Shown piece by piece: positions 31,697-32,000 of a stretch of 32,000 bases of DNA (positions are counted from its first letter, which is position 1; each line of letters starts with the position of its first letter). The notes beneath the pieces are model-generated. The model made no database searches. It was not told the DNA's origin and saw only the letters and a program-made list of their open reading frames with translations. A program made the position numbers and the translations under genes. Origin of the DNA: Candidatus Saccharimonadota bacterium (lineage in GTDB: Bacteria > Pseudomonadota > Alphaproteobacteria > Rickettsiales > Anaplasmataceae). The DNA is taken from positions 630,001-662,000 of the forward strand of contig CP085695.1 of NCBI GenBank assembly GCA_029715105.1, given 5' to 3'.

Positions 31697-32000
31697 CTTC
31701 TTATATGCGCTTATACGTATTTTATTTTATTGTAAAATATTTTGTATAAAATAAAAGTAAATAAAAATTATAATAAATAATATATCTCCTTAAGTGGAGA
31801 TTTATGGGCGTTTATATTTAAATAAATTTCAAAAATTTAAAACAAACAACAAAATTTAATACAATCTGGATCACTAAAATACACGCTTTTTAACACATAA
31901 AAAAATCAACCGACTCATATATTTCACCTATAAGTCTTTTATAAGGGAACGGATCCTCAGACTTAAAAGTCCAAAAACAAATTGTATTAAAATTTAGTTC

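Noticed and set aside
31784-31821. A 6-bp hairpin, ATCTCC-TTAAGT-GGAGAT, whose right arm gives GGAG before an ATG (31804) opening a 5-codon frame
   Set aside because: The stem is short, the frame is tiny, and there is no supporting context. It cannot be distinguished from chance.

Overview
This window is a very AT-rich chromosomal segment from a reduced obligate-intracellular alphaproteobacterium of the family Anaplasmataceae. From memory, the 16S 3' domain, including ...GGTAGGGGAATCTGCAGCTGGATTACCTCCTTA, looks closest to Wolbachia-type sequences, but I cannot confirm that here. The window opens inside a 16S rRNA gene that runs directly into sdhC-sdhD instead of an ITS/23S. The rest is intact housekeeping genes: giant NAD-glutamate dehydrogenase, tatB, nuoD, guaA, purD, serS, topA, a MidA/NDUFAF7-type methyltransferase, dapD, tRNA-Ala(UGC), gltX, nuoF, a ProP-like MFS transporter, tadA, pyrG, secG and an alpha/beta hydrolase. 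These genes are separated by unusually long ORF-free spacers, about 24% of the window and up to 1.1 kb. I found no mobile element, prophage, CRISPR array, tandem-repeat array, toxin-antitoxin pair or recognisable defence or secretion system. I cannot honestly claim a novel multi-gene system. Six things stand out: (1) a 398-aa Lys/Asn/Ile-rich orphan membrane protein sits where sdhAB would normally be, and it carries G7 and A9 slippage tracts. (2) Two kilobase-scale spacers lie between convergent gene ends and are almost G-free on the + strand, which suggests fully eroded genes. (3) A homopolymer motif, AAAAGGGGGGTT in minus-strand sense, recurs 5' of gdh and guaA and inside a dead spacer. (4) A 37-codon hydrophobic sORF stops directly against the guaA GTG start. 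(5) A C9 tract lies inside essential topA. (6) The window encodes both an NDUFAF7 homologue and NuoD, which retains the arginine that NDUFAF7 targets in mitochondria. Every homology call is from reading the supplied translations, and no database search was possible.
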